NCBI GenBank assembly: GCA_965243555.1
Contig: OZ251575.1
Span: 2,977,000-3,040,999, forward strand
Reading direction: 5' to 3'
DNA: 64,000 nucleotides
Source: Spirochaetia bacterium
GTDB taxonomy: Bacteria; Spirochaetota; Spirochaetia; SZUA-6; Bin103
In this document: piece after piece, positions 1-11,172 of the stretch
Layout: each line of letters opens with the position of its first letter
How positions within the stretch are numbered: the stretch's first letter is position 1
The notes under the pieces: model-generated
What the model saw: only the letters and a program-made list of their open reading frames with translations
Databases searched by the model: none
Told to the model about the DNA's origin: nothing
Program-made: the position numbers and the translations under genes

Positions 1-477
1 GAGCTTCCATGAGGATGCGCCGGCCTCCTCCCCGCGATTCCTTTCGAACCAGACCTGCAGACGTCCGTTCGGCCACGCATAGAGCCACTCGCCGGTCACC
101 TCGTTACGGGTAGCGCGGAAGCCGTACTGGTAGCGAACGTGGTCCACCATGCACGTCACTTCGAAGGTGGTCGGTTCGGCGCTGCATGCCGGATCGAATC
201 GAAACGGGATCACCGGAAGTTCACCCGAACCGCCCACGGAGCCAAGTACGATGTCGCGCATGGTCTTGAGGCCCTGAATCACGTTGGTCTTGCCCGCTGC
301 GTTCGCGCCGTAGATGGCGGCGGATCGCAACAGTCGGAGCGGTCGCGCGGAACTGCCGGCGCGATTTTCGACCGTAATGATGGAGTCGGCGTGCTCCTTG
401 CCGGAGCCGGCCACCAGACTGAGGCGCGCCTCTTCCTTGATCGACTTGAAATTGGCGACGGAAAACTCGACGAGCAT
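1..477 (-). CDS. AAA_21/RloA-like ATPase (5' part; runs off the window start)
   Basis: Not in the ORF track. Hand translation from ATG 477 gives MLVEFSVANFKSIKEE...AAIYGANAAGKTNV (Walker A)...PFRFD...RYQYGF...EWLY, the typical RloA/AbiGii-like N-terminus. The frame is open to base 1. Confidence 0.8.
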   Translation of the reverse strand, partial: MLVEFSVANFKSIKEEARLSLVAGSGKEHADSIITVENRAGSSARPLRLLRSAAIYGANAAGKTNVIQGLKTMRDIVLGSVGGSGELPVIPFRFDPACSAEPTTFEVTCMVDHVRYQYGFRATRNEVTGEWLYAWPNGRLQVWFERNRGEEAGASSWKL

Positions 478-508
478 GCCAACTATCGGTGAGTGAGACG
501 GTACTGCC

Positions 509-1317
<809 letters not shown>

Positions 1318-1324
<7 letters not shown>

Positions 1325-2385
1325 CGCGCCGCCTCCGCCAGGCTCGGCTTGGCGCCGGGCAGTACGCAACGATGCAGGATCGGAGCCTCGGCGGGGGGCG
1401 CCGCGGGCCGCCGCGCGGGGCGCGCCCCGGAGTCGCCCTCCGCCACCAGCGGCGGAACGGTTCGCGCGCAACGCGCCTCCGCCTGCGCGCAGCGCGGCGC
1501 GAACGGGCAGCCCGGCTCCGGGCGCACCGGATCGGGCACCGCTCCGGGAATCGCGCGCAACGGCTGCTCGGTGTAGTGCGCGCCCAACTCCAGGTGGGCG
1601 TCGAGCAGCGCCCGCGCGTAGGGGTGGCGCGGCTCGGCAAGCACCGCCGCCGCCGGCCCCTGCTCCAGCACCAGGCCGCCGTACATCACCACCAGCCGGT
1701 CCGCCATCTGGCCGATCAGGGCCAGGTCGTGGCTGATGAACAGAATCGCCAACCGGCGCGCCCCCCGCAGCCGGCGCAGCAGCGCCACCACCTGCGCCTG
1801 CACCGTGACGTCCAGCGCGGTGGTGGGCTCGTCGGCAATCAACACTTCCGGGTCGCCGGCCAGCGCGTGCGCGATCATCACCCGCTGCAGCATGCCGCCG
1901 GAGAACTGGTGGGGAAAGCTGCCCAGGCGGCGCGCGGCCTGCGCAATCCCCACTTCCTGCAGCAGCGCCGCGGCGCGGTGGCGCAGCGCCTCGCGCGGGA
2001 GCTCGGGATGATGAGTGCGCAGGGTCTCGGCCAGCGAGCGCCCGATGGTGTAGATCGGATCAAAGGACCCCGCCGGCTCCTGAAAGATCATCCCCACCTG
2101 GCCGCCGCGCAGGCGCTGCAGCTCGGGCGGGCGCATGGTCACCAGATCCTCGCCGCGGAAGCGCAGCCGGCGCGCCGTAATCCGGGCGTGGGGCGGCAGC
2201 AGCCGCAGCAGGGCCAGCGCGGTGACGCTCTTGCCCGAACCACTCTCCCCGACGATCCCCACCACCTCCCCGGGGTGCAGCTCCAGGTCCACGCCGCGCA
2301 CTGCCTGCAGCAGCCCGCGCCCGGTGGCGAAGGTCACGGTCAGGTCCGCCACCTGATACAGCGGGCGGCCGCCGCGCTCAGCCAC
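1318..2385 (-). CDS. oligopeptide/dipeptide ABC transporter ATP-binding subunit (OppD-like)
   Basis: GESGSGKSV, FSGGMLQR, ADEPTTALD, C-terminal GCPFAPRC...C. Confidence 0.92.
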
Positions 2386-3562
2386 GCAACGGCTCCCGGT
2401 GATAGGGGTCGAGCACGTCGCGCAGCAGGTCGCCGAGAAAGCTGAACGACAGGGTCACCAGCAGCAACGCCAGGCCGGGATAGAGGAACCAGGGGAAGCT
2501 GCGCAGATTGCTCAGGGAAACGATGTCCCGGCGCAGCATCGAGCCCCAGCTCACCGCCGGATCCGCGATTCCCAGGCCGAGGAAGGAGAGCGCGGTCTCC
2601 GCCAGGATGACGCCGGGGATGCCCAGGGCGACGCTGACGATCAGGATCGAGGCCATCTGCGGCACGATCTGCGTAAAGATGATCACCAACGGCGGTATTC
2701 CCTGCAGTTGCGCGGCGGCCACGAAGTCCTCGGTCTTGATGCTGTGCACCAACCCCCGGATCAGACGCGCGGTGCCGGGCCAGCCGACGAACGCCAGGAT
2801 GAGGGTCATGACCACGAACGACTGCCCGGAGTCCCACTCATAGGACAGGATGGAGCGCAGGAACAGGATCATGTAGAGGCCGGGAACGAGGATGAAGAAC
2901 TCGGCGGCGCGCATGATGGTCCAGTCGATCATCCCGCCGTAGTAGCCGGCCACGCCGCCCAGGACGATCGCCAGAGTCAGGGAGATAGCGATGGCGATGA
3001 AGCCGATCGTCAATGAAATGCGTGAGCCGTACAGGATGCGCGAGAAGACGTCGCGGCCCAGGTGATCGGACCCCAATAGGAACACCGGGTACGCCTGCCC
3101 GCCGCCGGCCCACGGGTCCCCGCCCGCCACCGCCGCCGCGCCCGCCGCGCCCCCAGCCGGCGCGCCCGCGCCCTCCGCGGCGAGGTACGGCGCGCCGGTC
3201 CCGAACAGGTGCACGCGCGACGGCACCAGCCCCCACAGCCGGTACTCCGGGCCGGGCGCCAGCAGCCGCACGCGGTAATGCTCGCCGCGGATACGGGCAT
3301 AGCGCCGGGTCACCTCGTCCACCAGCGCGCGGCGCTGCACCTGCAGCCCGAACCCCAACTCGGCGGAGTACAAGCTCAGGGCGGGCGGCTGGTGGGTGTG
3401 GAAGCGGAACGCGGTGGTGGGCAGGTAGGGCGCCAGGAACTCGGCCAGCAGCATCGCGCCGTAGAGCAGCGCCAGCACCAGCACCGACGCGGCCGCTGCC
3501 GGGCGCCGGCGCAGCGCGGCGCGCCAGCGGCGGCGCCCGCGGCCGGCACGCCGCTCAGCCAT
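2378..3562 (-). CDS. ABC transporter permease (OppC-like)
   Basis: LGSDHLGRDVFSRILYGSRISL, EAA-type loop, ETALSFLGLG...SWG. Confidence 0.92.
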   Translation of the reverse strand: MAERRAGRGRRRWRAALRRRPAAAASVLVLALLYGAMLLAEFLAPYLPTTAFRFHTHQPPALSLYSAELGFGLQVQRRALVDEVTRRYARIRGEHYRVRLLAPGPEYRLWGLVPSRVHLFGTGAPYLAAEGAGAPAGGAAGAAAVAGGDPWAGGGQAYPVFLLGSDHLGRDVFSRILYGSRISLTIGFIAIAISLTLAIVLGGVAGYYGGMIDWTIMRAAEFFILVPGLYMILFLRSILSYEWDSGQSFVVMTLILAFVGWPGTARLIRGLVHSIKTEDFVAAAQLQGIPPLVIIFTQIVPQMASILIVSVALGIPGVILAETALSFLGLGIADPAVSWGSMLRRDIVSLSNLRSFPWFLYPGLALLLVTLSFSFLGDLLRDVLDPYHREPLRG

Positions 3563-4712
3563 CGCCGCCCCCGCCGCTCCCGCCGCCCCCGCTCCCGGCG
3601 CCGCCGCCGCCCTTGGAATAGCGGATGCGGGGGTCGACCACCGCCAGCAGCACGTCGGCGGCGATCATGCCGATCAGGATCAGGATGCTGGTGAACATGA
3701 TGTTGGCGAGCACCAGGTTGACGTCTTCCTGCCGCACCGCCTCGTACATCAGCCGTCCGATGCCGGGATAGGCGAAGATGATTTCCAGGATCAGGGAGCC
3801 GGAGAACAGCCCGGCGAACAGATCGGCGCTGCCGGTTATGTAGGGGTTGAGGGTGTTGCGGAAGGCGTGCACCACGTACACGCGCCGCTCGCCAATGCCG
3901 CGCGCGCGCAACGCGGTCACGTAGGGTTGGCCGAGCTGATCCAGCATGGTGGCGCGGATGTAGCGCATGGTACCGCCGACGCCGCCCAGGAACGCGCCGA
4001 GCAGCGGCAGCGCGATATGGTGCAGGTAGCTGAAGGAGAAGCGCAGCGGCGCCTCCCGGAACGGGAAGTCGGGATAGGCGGTGATCGGGAACCAGCCGCT
4101 TACGGCGGCGAACAGCTGCAGCAGAATCAGCAGCAGGATGCCGGGGAAGGCGTGCAGCAGCAGCGCCGTGAAGGTCGCCGCCACGTCCACCCGAGTACCG
4201 GTCTTGGTGGAGAAGTAGAGGCCGGCGGCGAACGCCATGACGGTCAGAAACAGCAGCGTGATGAGGTTCAACACCAGCGTGTTGACCAGCCGCGAGCGGA
4301 TCAGGAACAGGATGGGCGCGCGCGAGATCAGCGACCGGCCCAGGTCGCGCTCCACCACCACCTGATAGAGCCACCGCGCGTACTGGGCGTAGAACGGCAG
4401 GTCGAGGCCGAGGCGCGCCTTGGCCGCGGCGATCTGTTCTTCGCTGTAGACGTTGTCCGCCTGCCGGTCGCCGGAGATCAGCATCTGACTCTTGACGTAG
4501 TTGTCGATCATGTCGCTCGGCGCCAGCTTCATCAGGCCGAACACCGCCAGGCCGAGCACCAGCAGCATGGCGACCAGCGCCGCCAGCCGCGCCCCCAGGA
4601 AGCGCAGCAGCGGATAGCGCGCGCCGCGCCCGCCGCGGCCGGGCGGGCGGGCCGCGGCGGCAGCAGGCGGCGCGGCGTCAGGTTCGCGCGCGGCGCGCGC
4701 GGCCATCCTCAC
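3555..4712 (-). CDS. ABC transporter permease (OppB-like)
   Basis: GLDLPFYAQYARWL, DLGRSL, YVTALRARG, EIIFAYPGIG. Exact start uncertain. Confidence 0.92.
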   Translation of the reverse strand: MRMAARAAREPDAAPPAAAAARPPGRGGRGARYPLLRFLGARLAALVAMLLVLGLAVFGLMKLAPSDMIDNYVKSQMLISGDRQADNVYSEEQIAAAKARLGLDLPFYAQYARWLYQVVVERDLGRSLISRAPILFLIRSRLVNTLVLNLITLLFLTVMAFAAGLYFSTKTGTRVDVAATFTALLLHAFPGILLLILLQLFAAVSGWFPITAYPDFPFREAPLRFSFSYLHHIALPLLGAFLGGVGGTMRYIRATMLDQLGQPYVTALRARGIGERRVYVVHAFRNTLNPYITGSADLFAGLFSGSLILEIIFAYPGIGRLMYEAVRQEDVNLVLANIMFTSILILIGMIAADVLLAVVDPRIRYSKGGGGAGSGGGGSGGGGDG

Positions 4713-4781
4713 CGGCGCGCCGGAGCGGCGCCCAGGCGGCGCACGAACGGGCAGGCGCGCCGCCGGTGGGCGGCCCCGGCG

Positions 4782-6707
4782 TCACTCGGCGGCGCGCAGG
4801 TAGAGGTAGTCGGAGTCGAGCCCGCCGAGAGTGTCATAGAACACGTTGGCCCACTTGTCGCGCACCGCCAGAAACGACAGCGGGTGCACGATGTAGGTCA
4901 TCGGCGCCTGGTCGAGCAGCAGGCGCTGGTACTCGTCGTAGATCGCCTTGGCCCGCTCCCGGTCGATGGTGAAGCGGCCCTCGTTGTAAAGGTAATCGAC
5001 GCGCGCCTCCCAGTCGGTGGCCGGCTCTTCCTGCAGCGGATGCCACAGGTGAAAGTTGCCCTTCGACTGCCACACGTTGCTGCCGCCGGACGGCCAGTAG
5101 TTGGCGCCCAGGGAGGCCGTCGCCACGTGCCAATCGTAAGTGCTGGTGAGCATCTCCACCAGCTTCTGAAAGTCGATGGCGCGCACGTTGCCGGTAATCC
5201 CGACCGCCTTCAGTTCATCGGCAAAGATGTTCATCACGTCCACGCCGACGTTGTTTTCGGCGCCGACGTGCAGGTTGAACTCGACGTGGTTACCGGCGGC
5301 GTCCTCCATCAGCCCCTCCGCGTTGGGGCGGATGCCGATTTCCGCCAACAACTCGCGCGCCCGCTCCGGGTCATAGGAAAACTCCTGCCGAATCGACTCG
5401 TCAAAGTAGGGATTGGCGCGGGCAAAGAAGTGCAGCGCCGGCTCGGCGAGGCCGCGGTACACCTGGCTGGCGATGCGGTCGCGGTTCAGCAGCGCGCTCA
5501 TCGCCTGGCGGAACCTGGTCTGGCTGAACCAGCTATGGACCAACTCGTCCATGGTGTCGGGATTCTGATTGAAGGCGATGAAGGCGGACCCCAGCGACGC
5601 GCCGCCGTTGTACACCGTGAAGTCCGGCTCGGCGACGTTCAGCAGCTCATCCAGGTCCTCGGGCCGCAGCGAGTAGGAATCCTTGTTGCCCTCCTTGAAC
5701 AACAGCAGCTCGGTGTTGCGGTCGGGCACGATCTGGTAGATGACGCGCTCCAGGTAGGGCAGCGGGACGCCGGCCGCGTCGCGCTTCCAGTAGTTGGGGT
5801 TGCGCACCGCGACCACGCGCACGCCCGGCTCATACTCGGCGACGTAGTAGGGGCCGACGGAGGGGATGGTCGCCGGGTCGGTGTCGATGCTGAACAGGTT
5901 GAGCACCCCTTCGGCGCCGCCCTCGCGCTTGGCCGGCTCGTAGAGATAGCGCGGGCCAAAGCTCATGTTGGTGGAGAGGATCGGATTGGCGACGATGCGC
6001 GGGTAGTGAAACGCCACCGTGCGCGCGTCGACCCTGGTAGCCTCGATGCGCGCCTCCGAGCCGTCCGGCAGCTCGATGAACTGGCCGGCGTAGCCGGGTT
6101 GCTGCAGCTCCTGGTCGCCCTCGATCTCGTCGTACCAGAAGACGACGTCGTCGGCGGTCACCGGCAGGCGGGTGCCGGGGTCGGCGAGGGTGGTCCAGTA
6201 GAGGTCGTCGCGCAGGGTGTAGAACACCGTCAGGGAGTCGGCCTCCTCGTCTACCTCCACCGTGAAGCTGGCGAGATTGGGAATGAACTCGCGCTCGTAG
6301 GGGTCGTAGTCGGCCAGGTGATCGAACAGCAGGTCCACCACCGCGCGGGTGTCGCCGTCGCGCGCGGTCAAGGTGTTGAAGGTCTTGGGGTCGTTGGTGA
6401 GCGAGCTCAGCCAGGTGCCGCCGGGGACGCCGAGCTCCCATTCCTGGCCGCCGGGGCGGGACACGGTCTTGGCCAGGATTGCGGCGCGCGCCTGCTCGCG
6501 CTGCGAGGTCGCCTCGCCTTCCGAGAGCTCCTCGTCCACCGCCCCCGCGGCGAGGGCGATGCCGGGCAGCAGGACGGCGAGGGCGGAGGCGGCCGTGGCG
6601 AGCAGCGCCGCCCGCAGGCGCCGCGCGCCCCAGGCTCCCCCGGCGCGCCCGAACCGGGCCGCGGCGCGCCGATCATCACGACGGTAGGGTTGAAGGTCCA
6701 TCCACAT
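4782..6707 (-). CDS. ABC transporter substrate-binding protein, family 5
   Basis: DPKTFN, IPNLA, TADDVVF, VGPY, RNPNYWK, PYLERV, hydrophobic signal segment. Start at ATG 6707 chosen because TACACT lies 6 nt upstream. Confidence 0.9.
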   Translation of the reverse strand: MWMDLQPYRRDDRRAAARFGRAGGAWGARRLRAALLATAASALAVLLPGIALAAGAVDEELSEGEATSQREQARAAILAKTVSRPGGQEWELGVPGGTWLSSLTNDPKTFNTLTARDGDTRAVVDLLFDHLADYDPYEREFIPNLASFTVEVDEEADSLTVFYTLRDDLYWTTLADPGTRLPVTADDVVFWYDEIEGDQELQQPGYAGQFIELPDGSEARIEATRVDARTVAFHYPRIVANPILSTNMSFGPRYLYEPAKREGGAEGVLNLFSIDTDPATIPSVGPYYVAEYEPGVRVVAVRNPNYWKRDAAGVPLPYLERVIYQIVPDRNTELLLFKEGNKDSYSLRPEDLDELLNVAEPDFTVYNGGASLGSAFIAFNQNPDTMDELVHSWFSQTRFRQAMSALLNRDRIASQVYRGLAEPALHFFARANPYFDESIRQEFSYDPERARELLAEIGIRPNAEGLMEDAAGNHVEFNLHVGAENNVGVDVMNIFADELKAVGITGNVRAIDFQKLVEMLTSTYDWHVATASLGANYWPSGGSNVWQSKGNFHLWHPLQEEPATDWEARVDYLYNEGRFTIDRERAKAIYDEYQRLLLDQAPMTYIVHPLSFLAVRDKWANVFYDTLGGLDSDYLYLRAAE

Positions 6708-6808
6708 GCCCACAGTGTACCGCATGCCGGGCGTCCGCGCTTGCCCCCCGCCGGTGGAGGCGCGTCCGACGGGCGGCGACCGGTACGGGCCGAGACCGAA
6801 CCGGCGGC

Positions 6809-7717
6809 CTATTGCGCTTGGATGCTCGCCAGGTGCTTATCGAGCGTTGCTTCGACCTCCGACTTGCCGCCGATCGTGTCGTCGTAGAAGATCACCCGAT
6901 TGCCGCGTACGTCGAATGGCAACACTCCCCCGCGGCGAGCCAACAAGACGGTCGGCTTGTCGAGGGCGTGAGCATATCCCAGTTCGTAGAACACGTTGGC
7001 GTTCGAGGGCGAAATCTCGGCGATCACGACGTCCGAATCCACCAGACTGCCAATGATATCTTCCAGAATCACCCCGGGGCGAAATATGTCGTCCGCACGC
7101 TTCACCTCGAACCCGCTCCGCTCGCAGACCGGCGCGATCACTTCCTTGTACAGATTGTCGTAGGTGTCCTCGAACTGCATTACCACGAAGGCCCGTGGGG
7201 AAATCCCTTCGAATTGGTAATCGCGAAACTCGACGACGCCATCTCCCGACGCCAACAGGCCGATCTGCGTGCCGATCGGAGGACGCAACTTCTCCTTGAT
7301 AACTTCGATGCGATCCACCTTCAAGACCACTGACTTCCCGCGAAGCTCCACTTCGACGTCGTGCCAAGCGGCTCCGTCAAGCTGGCCTGCGCGTCCCTTC
7401 GCAGCCAGCGACTCACGCTTGCCCTCCACGGGAACCGACCTTACCAAGCCGTAGGCGGACTCATGCCCACCCAATCCAACCGAGTAGTGATGCTCGTCTT
7501 CGGTATCGTAGCCGAGCAGAATTCGTCCAACGCAGCGCTCCGGGTCGCTCAGGCGCATGCTGACGGAGATACGTCCGCTCCGCAACTTGGCGGGCGAGAG
7601 TGCTATTCCATCCGCCGACTCCCCGGCGCCCTTGAACTTCGCGGAACGCTCCCGGAACGACCAATCTCCGGAGATAGCTGCCCACTGATTGACCTTGCGA
7701 ACCATTCTTTTGGTCAC
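6809..7717 (-). CDS. fusion of a beta-sandwich (DUF1080/ConA-like) domain and a nucleoside 2-deoxyribosyltransferase-like domain; putative defence protein
   Basis: C-terminal FVVMQF...RADD...SDVVIAEIS..NANVFYELGYAHALDKP...LPFDV (NDT-like). N-terminal GDW...WHDVEVELRGKSVVLKVD...IGL...VEFRD. Lower GC than flanks. Alternative start ATG 7705. Confidence 0.7.
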   Translation of the reverse strand: MTKRMVRKVNQWAAISGDWSFRERSAKFKGAGESADGIALSPAKLRSGRISVSMRLSDPERCVGRILLGYDTEDEHHYSVGLGGHESAYGLVRSVPVEGKRESLAAKGRAGQLDGAAWHDVEVELRGKSVVLKVDRIEVIKEKLRPPIGTQIGLLASGDGVVEFRDYQFEGISPRAFVVMQFEDTYDNLYKEVIAPVCERSGFEVKRADDIFRPGVILEDIIGSLVDSDVVIAEISPSNANVFYELGYAHALDKPTVLLARRGGVLPFDVRGNRVIFYDDTIGGKSEVEATLDKHLASIQAQ

Positions 7718-8844
7718 CTCCCGGGAACGCCGAGGCGGGCGTAGCCAAGGTTATCCAGAATATCGTAGACGCTGGCGGCGATCAGGTCCACCTGCCGATC
7801 GCGGAGCTGGTCGAGCAGAGGGCCGAAAAACACGTTGGCGTCGCCGCGGCCCGCCGCGTCCGGGTAGCGGGGGGCGCCGCCGGCGGTGAAGCCGATGGGA
7901 TAACCGCGCTGCGGGTCGCGGGCGGCGTGCAGCGCCGCGGCTTCCTGCAGCAGGCGGCGGCCGATCTCCTGCGGGACGTAGCTGAAGGCGTTCATCGCCA
8001 CCACTCCCAACTCACCGAGGCGGCGCTGCTCGGCGGGGGCCAGCCGGCGCACCGAGCTGAAGCCGTGCACCACCAGCCGCGCGCCCAGGCCGCGGGCGGC
8101 CAGCTCCTCCAGTACCTGCCATTGCACGCCCACCTGGCGGTTGGTTACCGACTCGGTACCGATATTGGGCACCACCAGCTCGAAGCCGGTGCGCTCCAGG
8201 TACTCCTCGATTTGCGCGGGGTCTGAGCTGGCGCTCGTTGCCAGCCCCTGGCCGCCGGCGGCCACCTCCTCCAGGCAGCCTTCCAGCACCTTCTTGCGGC
8301 CCGACGCTTCGATGAAGCGGCGGTAGTCGATGGAGTTGGCGACGTTGGCGGCGAACGGCGAATGGGTGTCATCGAACATCACGCTCGAAAACAGGTCCAG
8401 AAACTCCGGGTCGCGCAGCAACTCGTTCTGCGAGCGCACGCCGCCGGGCAGGGTGTGATGGCCGTGGTCGTAGTGGTGGACCACGTGCACGGCGCCGTAG
8501 TCGGAGTCGCCGGCGCCGGTGAGGGTGGCCAGGAAGCCGGTCGCCAGGCGCGCGTTGCGGTACGCGCGGCGCCGGTAGGCCGCGGGGTCGCCGCCGGCCG
8601 AGGGCAGCGCGTGGCCGGCGCGCAGGTAGCGCGGCAGCATCTGCAGGATATAGTGGCCGACGGTGCTGAAGATGCCGATTGGCAGCTCGGCGATGGCGTG
8701 GTCGCGGGCGAAGCGGGCGGCGCCTTCGACGATGCCGAGCAGGTGATGCTGGTCGCTGTAGCCGATGCGCGCCATGGTGAGCCGCGCGTCGCCGCAACGC
8801 CGGTAGAGGGCCGCGGCCGGCTCGTAGTCGAGGATCAGCGGCAT
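7714..8844 (-). CDS. divergent class II fructose/tagatose-bisphosphate aldolase family protein
   Basis: HYDHG, FSSVMFD, EGCLEE, SDPAQIEEYLERTG, NIGT, LVVHG motifs in the class II aldolase order. Confidence 0.7.
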   Translation of the reverse strand: MPLILDYEPAAALYRRCGDARLTMARIGYSDQHHLLGIVEGAARFARDHAIAELPIGIFSTVGHYILQMLPRYLRAGHALPSAGGDPAAYRRRAYRNARLATGFLATLTGAGDSDYGAVHVVHHYDHGHHTLPGGVRSQNELLRDPEFLDLFSSVMFDDTHSPFAANVANSIDYRRFIEASGRKKVLEGCLEEVAAGGQGLATSASSDPAQIEEYLERTGFELVVPNIGTESVTNRQVGVQWQVLEELAARGLGARLVVHGFSSVRRLAPAEQRRLGELGVVAMNAFSYVPQEIGRRLLQEAAALHAARDPQRGYPIGFTAGGAPRYPDAAGRGDANVFFGPLLDQLRDRQVDLIAASVYDILDNLGYARLGVPGR

Positions 8845-8873
8845 GGCTCTAGTTTAGTAGCGAGTGAGTCGGG

Positions 8874-9407
8874 TCAGGCGGCTGCGAGCAGCTTGCGCAG
8901 GTAGCCGGCCTGGCCGGTGTGCCACGCCAGGTCGAGCAGGAAGTGGTCGAGAAACCACCACCCGGAGCACTCCTTGTCCACCCAGTTGACGTAGCGCTTG
9001 GCCGACCACGCGGCGTAGTGCTCGGCCACGAACTGGCGCAGCGTCTGCCAGGCGCGGTCCAGGTAGGCGGCGTGGCCGGCGCCGGTCGGGTCGGGGCCAG
9101 GCGCGTCACGGTCGAAGTCGAAAGTGAGGGAGCCCCAGCGGCGGGGGCGGCCGGCGGCGGCGCGGAAGCCCCCGGCCGGCAGCGGGAACCCGGCGGCGTT
9201 GAGGTTGGCCGGGACGCGCTCCCCGGAGAGCTGGCCGTAGCAATACCAGAACTCGTCGGCGCAATGGCGCGCCAGCCAGCCGATGCCGTTGTCGATGCCG
9301 GGCGGGGTCCACTGCAGTTGGGCGGCAGTCAGGTCGGCGGTAAACCCGCGCAGCCGCTTCTTGAACGACTCCGCCTCCCACAGGTACTGGGCCAAACGCT
9401 CATCCAT
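8874..9407 (-). CDS. DinB/DUF664-like protein
   Basis: LTAAQLQWTPP..NGIGWLARH...H...HTGQAGYLRK. Start ATG 9407 with TAAACT 8 nt upstream. Confidence 0.7.
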   Translation of the reverse strand: MDERLAQYLWEAESFKKRLRGFTADLTAAQLQWTPPGIDNGIGWLARHCADEFWYCYGQLSGERVPANLNAAGFPLPAGGFRAAAGRPRRWGSLTFDFDRDAPGPDPTGAGHAAYLDRAWQTLRQFVAEHYAAWSAKRYVNWVDKECSGWWFLDHFLLDLAWHTGQAGYLRKLLAAA

Positions 9408-9562
9408 ACCGCCCAAGTTTAGCCCGCCACGCGGCCCGCCGCCACCCTGCCGTGCCAAGCACGCACCCTACGCCCGGCGTCGCACCCCACCCGCCCGCGC
9501 CCACCGGCGGGGTGACCGGGGCGCCGGCCCCGTGGCATGCTGGCGGCGGGCGGAACGGCAAC

Positions 9563-9757
9563 GTGCAACGCTACCTGGTCACCGGCGCCGGCGGCAACCT
9601 GGCGCGCCAACTCACGGACGAACTGCGCTGCCGGGGCAAGGAGACGCTCGGCATCGACTTGGCGCCGCCCCCGGCGCAGCAGCCGGACGCTTGGCAACAG
9701 GCCGACGTCACCGACGCGGCGGCGATGATTCGGTACTCGTCGGCGAATTCTCGATAG
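9563..9757 (+). pseudogene. 5' fragment of an NAD-dependent epimerase/dehydratase, truncated at ~9727
   Basis: YLVTGAGGNLARQL...GIDL...QADVTD Rossmann start. After ~55 codons it runs into antisense sspC sequence and stops. Confidence 0.75.
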
Positions 9758-11172
9758 GTAACGATACCGGCCTCTTCAAGAGCCGCGAGCGTCGCGCCAA
9801 CCTCGGTATCGACAAGAGCGAGCACCCGGGAGGATGCGCGAATCGTTCCGGCGATCGAAACCAAATTGAGCAACGCGACCGCTTTGACTATCCGCAACTG
9901 CCGCGTCGAAAGACCGTGAGTATCCCGAATACGGGTAGTGATTTCGGCCCATCGGCTCGACCGTCCCGCGGAAGTCGGCGCAAGTACACCGCTGTCGACA
10001 AAATAGTCATAGACTACATCGAGGCCCACGGTAGGCAGATCCGCATCGGCTGGAAGCTTTGTGGCCTTAAGGAATGCCGCCGCAGTCGCCGACTCAGAAC
10101 CAGCGAGAAAAGAAAACAACGTGCGCTCGTGCTGTCCATAACGGCTGCACAGCTCGGGCAGAACCATCGTTACGAGAGGATGCAGGGGATAGCAAGTAGC
10201 TAACGTAGTCGGGTCCGCTAGATCGGCGACGCCTAGTATCCGCATCTCCTTGGCTGCCCGAACAGCCCAACAGTTGATCCGGTGTTTGAGATTATCGTCG
10301 GCAACCTCGAATACCGTACCGATCAAGGCTCGTGTCGCCGGGGCGGTGTCTACGTAGGAGATGTCCTCGAATCGTCCCTGCACCTTGGCCCATTCTCGGC
10401 GCAGAGGATCGTCTGCGCGGATCAAGTGGTCTTCGAAAGACAGATGCTGTAAAGTGAGCGCGAAGATGGGAAGCCCGGCTCCTTGACCTGCCTCGGCCAA
10501 TTGCTGCAGTAGATACGGATCGGTGTCGCGGCCGTCTCCAACCGCTTCGAGATTCTTGCCGAACTCGTCGATAATCAACAACAAGGGTGCCTTCTCTGCA
10601 AGACATCGCGCGATCTCGACCAGCGCGGTAGGAGAAGGGCCAGTACGGCGCGGATCGTTCCCGACCATCTCGTCGAGCGCGCGTATCAAAGTTCCAGCCG
10701 CCGGGAATCGGTCTGAGCGCGGTATCTTGCCGTACCCACACACGACCGCCGCATGGAGCGCCCGGAGCACAGTGTGATTGACGGGCTCGCGGTTGGCGGT
10801 CACCAACGCGCAACTGAACCCGGCTTCAAGGGTTCGGTGGCGTTGATGGGCTTGCCGAATTCGCTTCCCTACCGCTGGCGAGACTTGGTCGACGAGTTTC
10901 CAGGCGGTCTCTCGCGTATCGGAAGGGGGACCGAAGGCGGCGTTGAGCAGCAGTGCCAGTGACGATTTGCCAGCCCCGTACGGCCCGGTAATGGACCATG
11001 CGCCGCCCGCTGGCCCCTCGGCGGCAGCGGACGCAATCCGATCCACGGCATCAAGAGCGCGTGCAGTTACCACGTATCCGTCAAGTGGCTCGGCCCGGCC
11101 GGCATCGCGTTCGAGGTTCGCCGAGCGAGCGAACCGACCGCCAACAGTGATGTGATCCGCAAGTACCGTCAT
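9727..11172 (-). pseudogene. sspC: SspC-like P-loop ATPase, 3'-truncated (ORF reads through to 9571 in antisense epimerase DNA)
   Basis: FARSANLERD, GPYGAGKSS, IIDEFGKNLE, EWAKVQGRF, YPLHP, QHERTLFSFL. Lies after a DUF4007 gene. Native sequence ends at ...YREFADEYRI. Confidence 0.75.
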
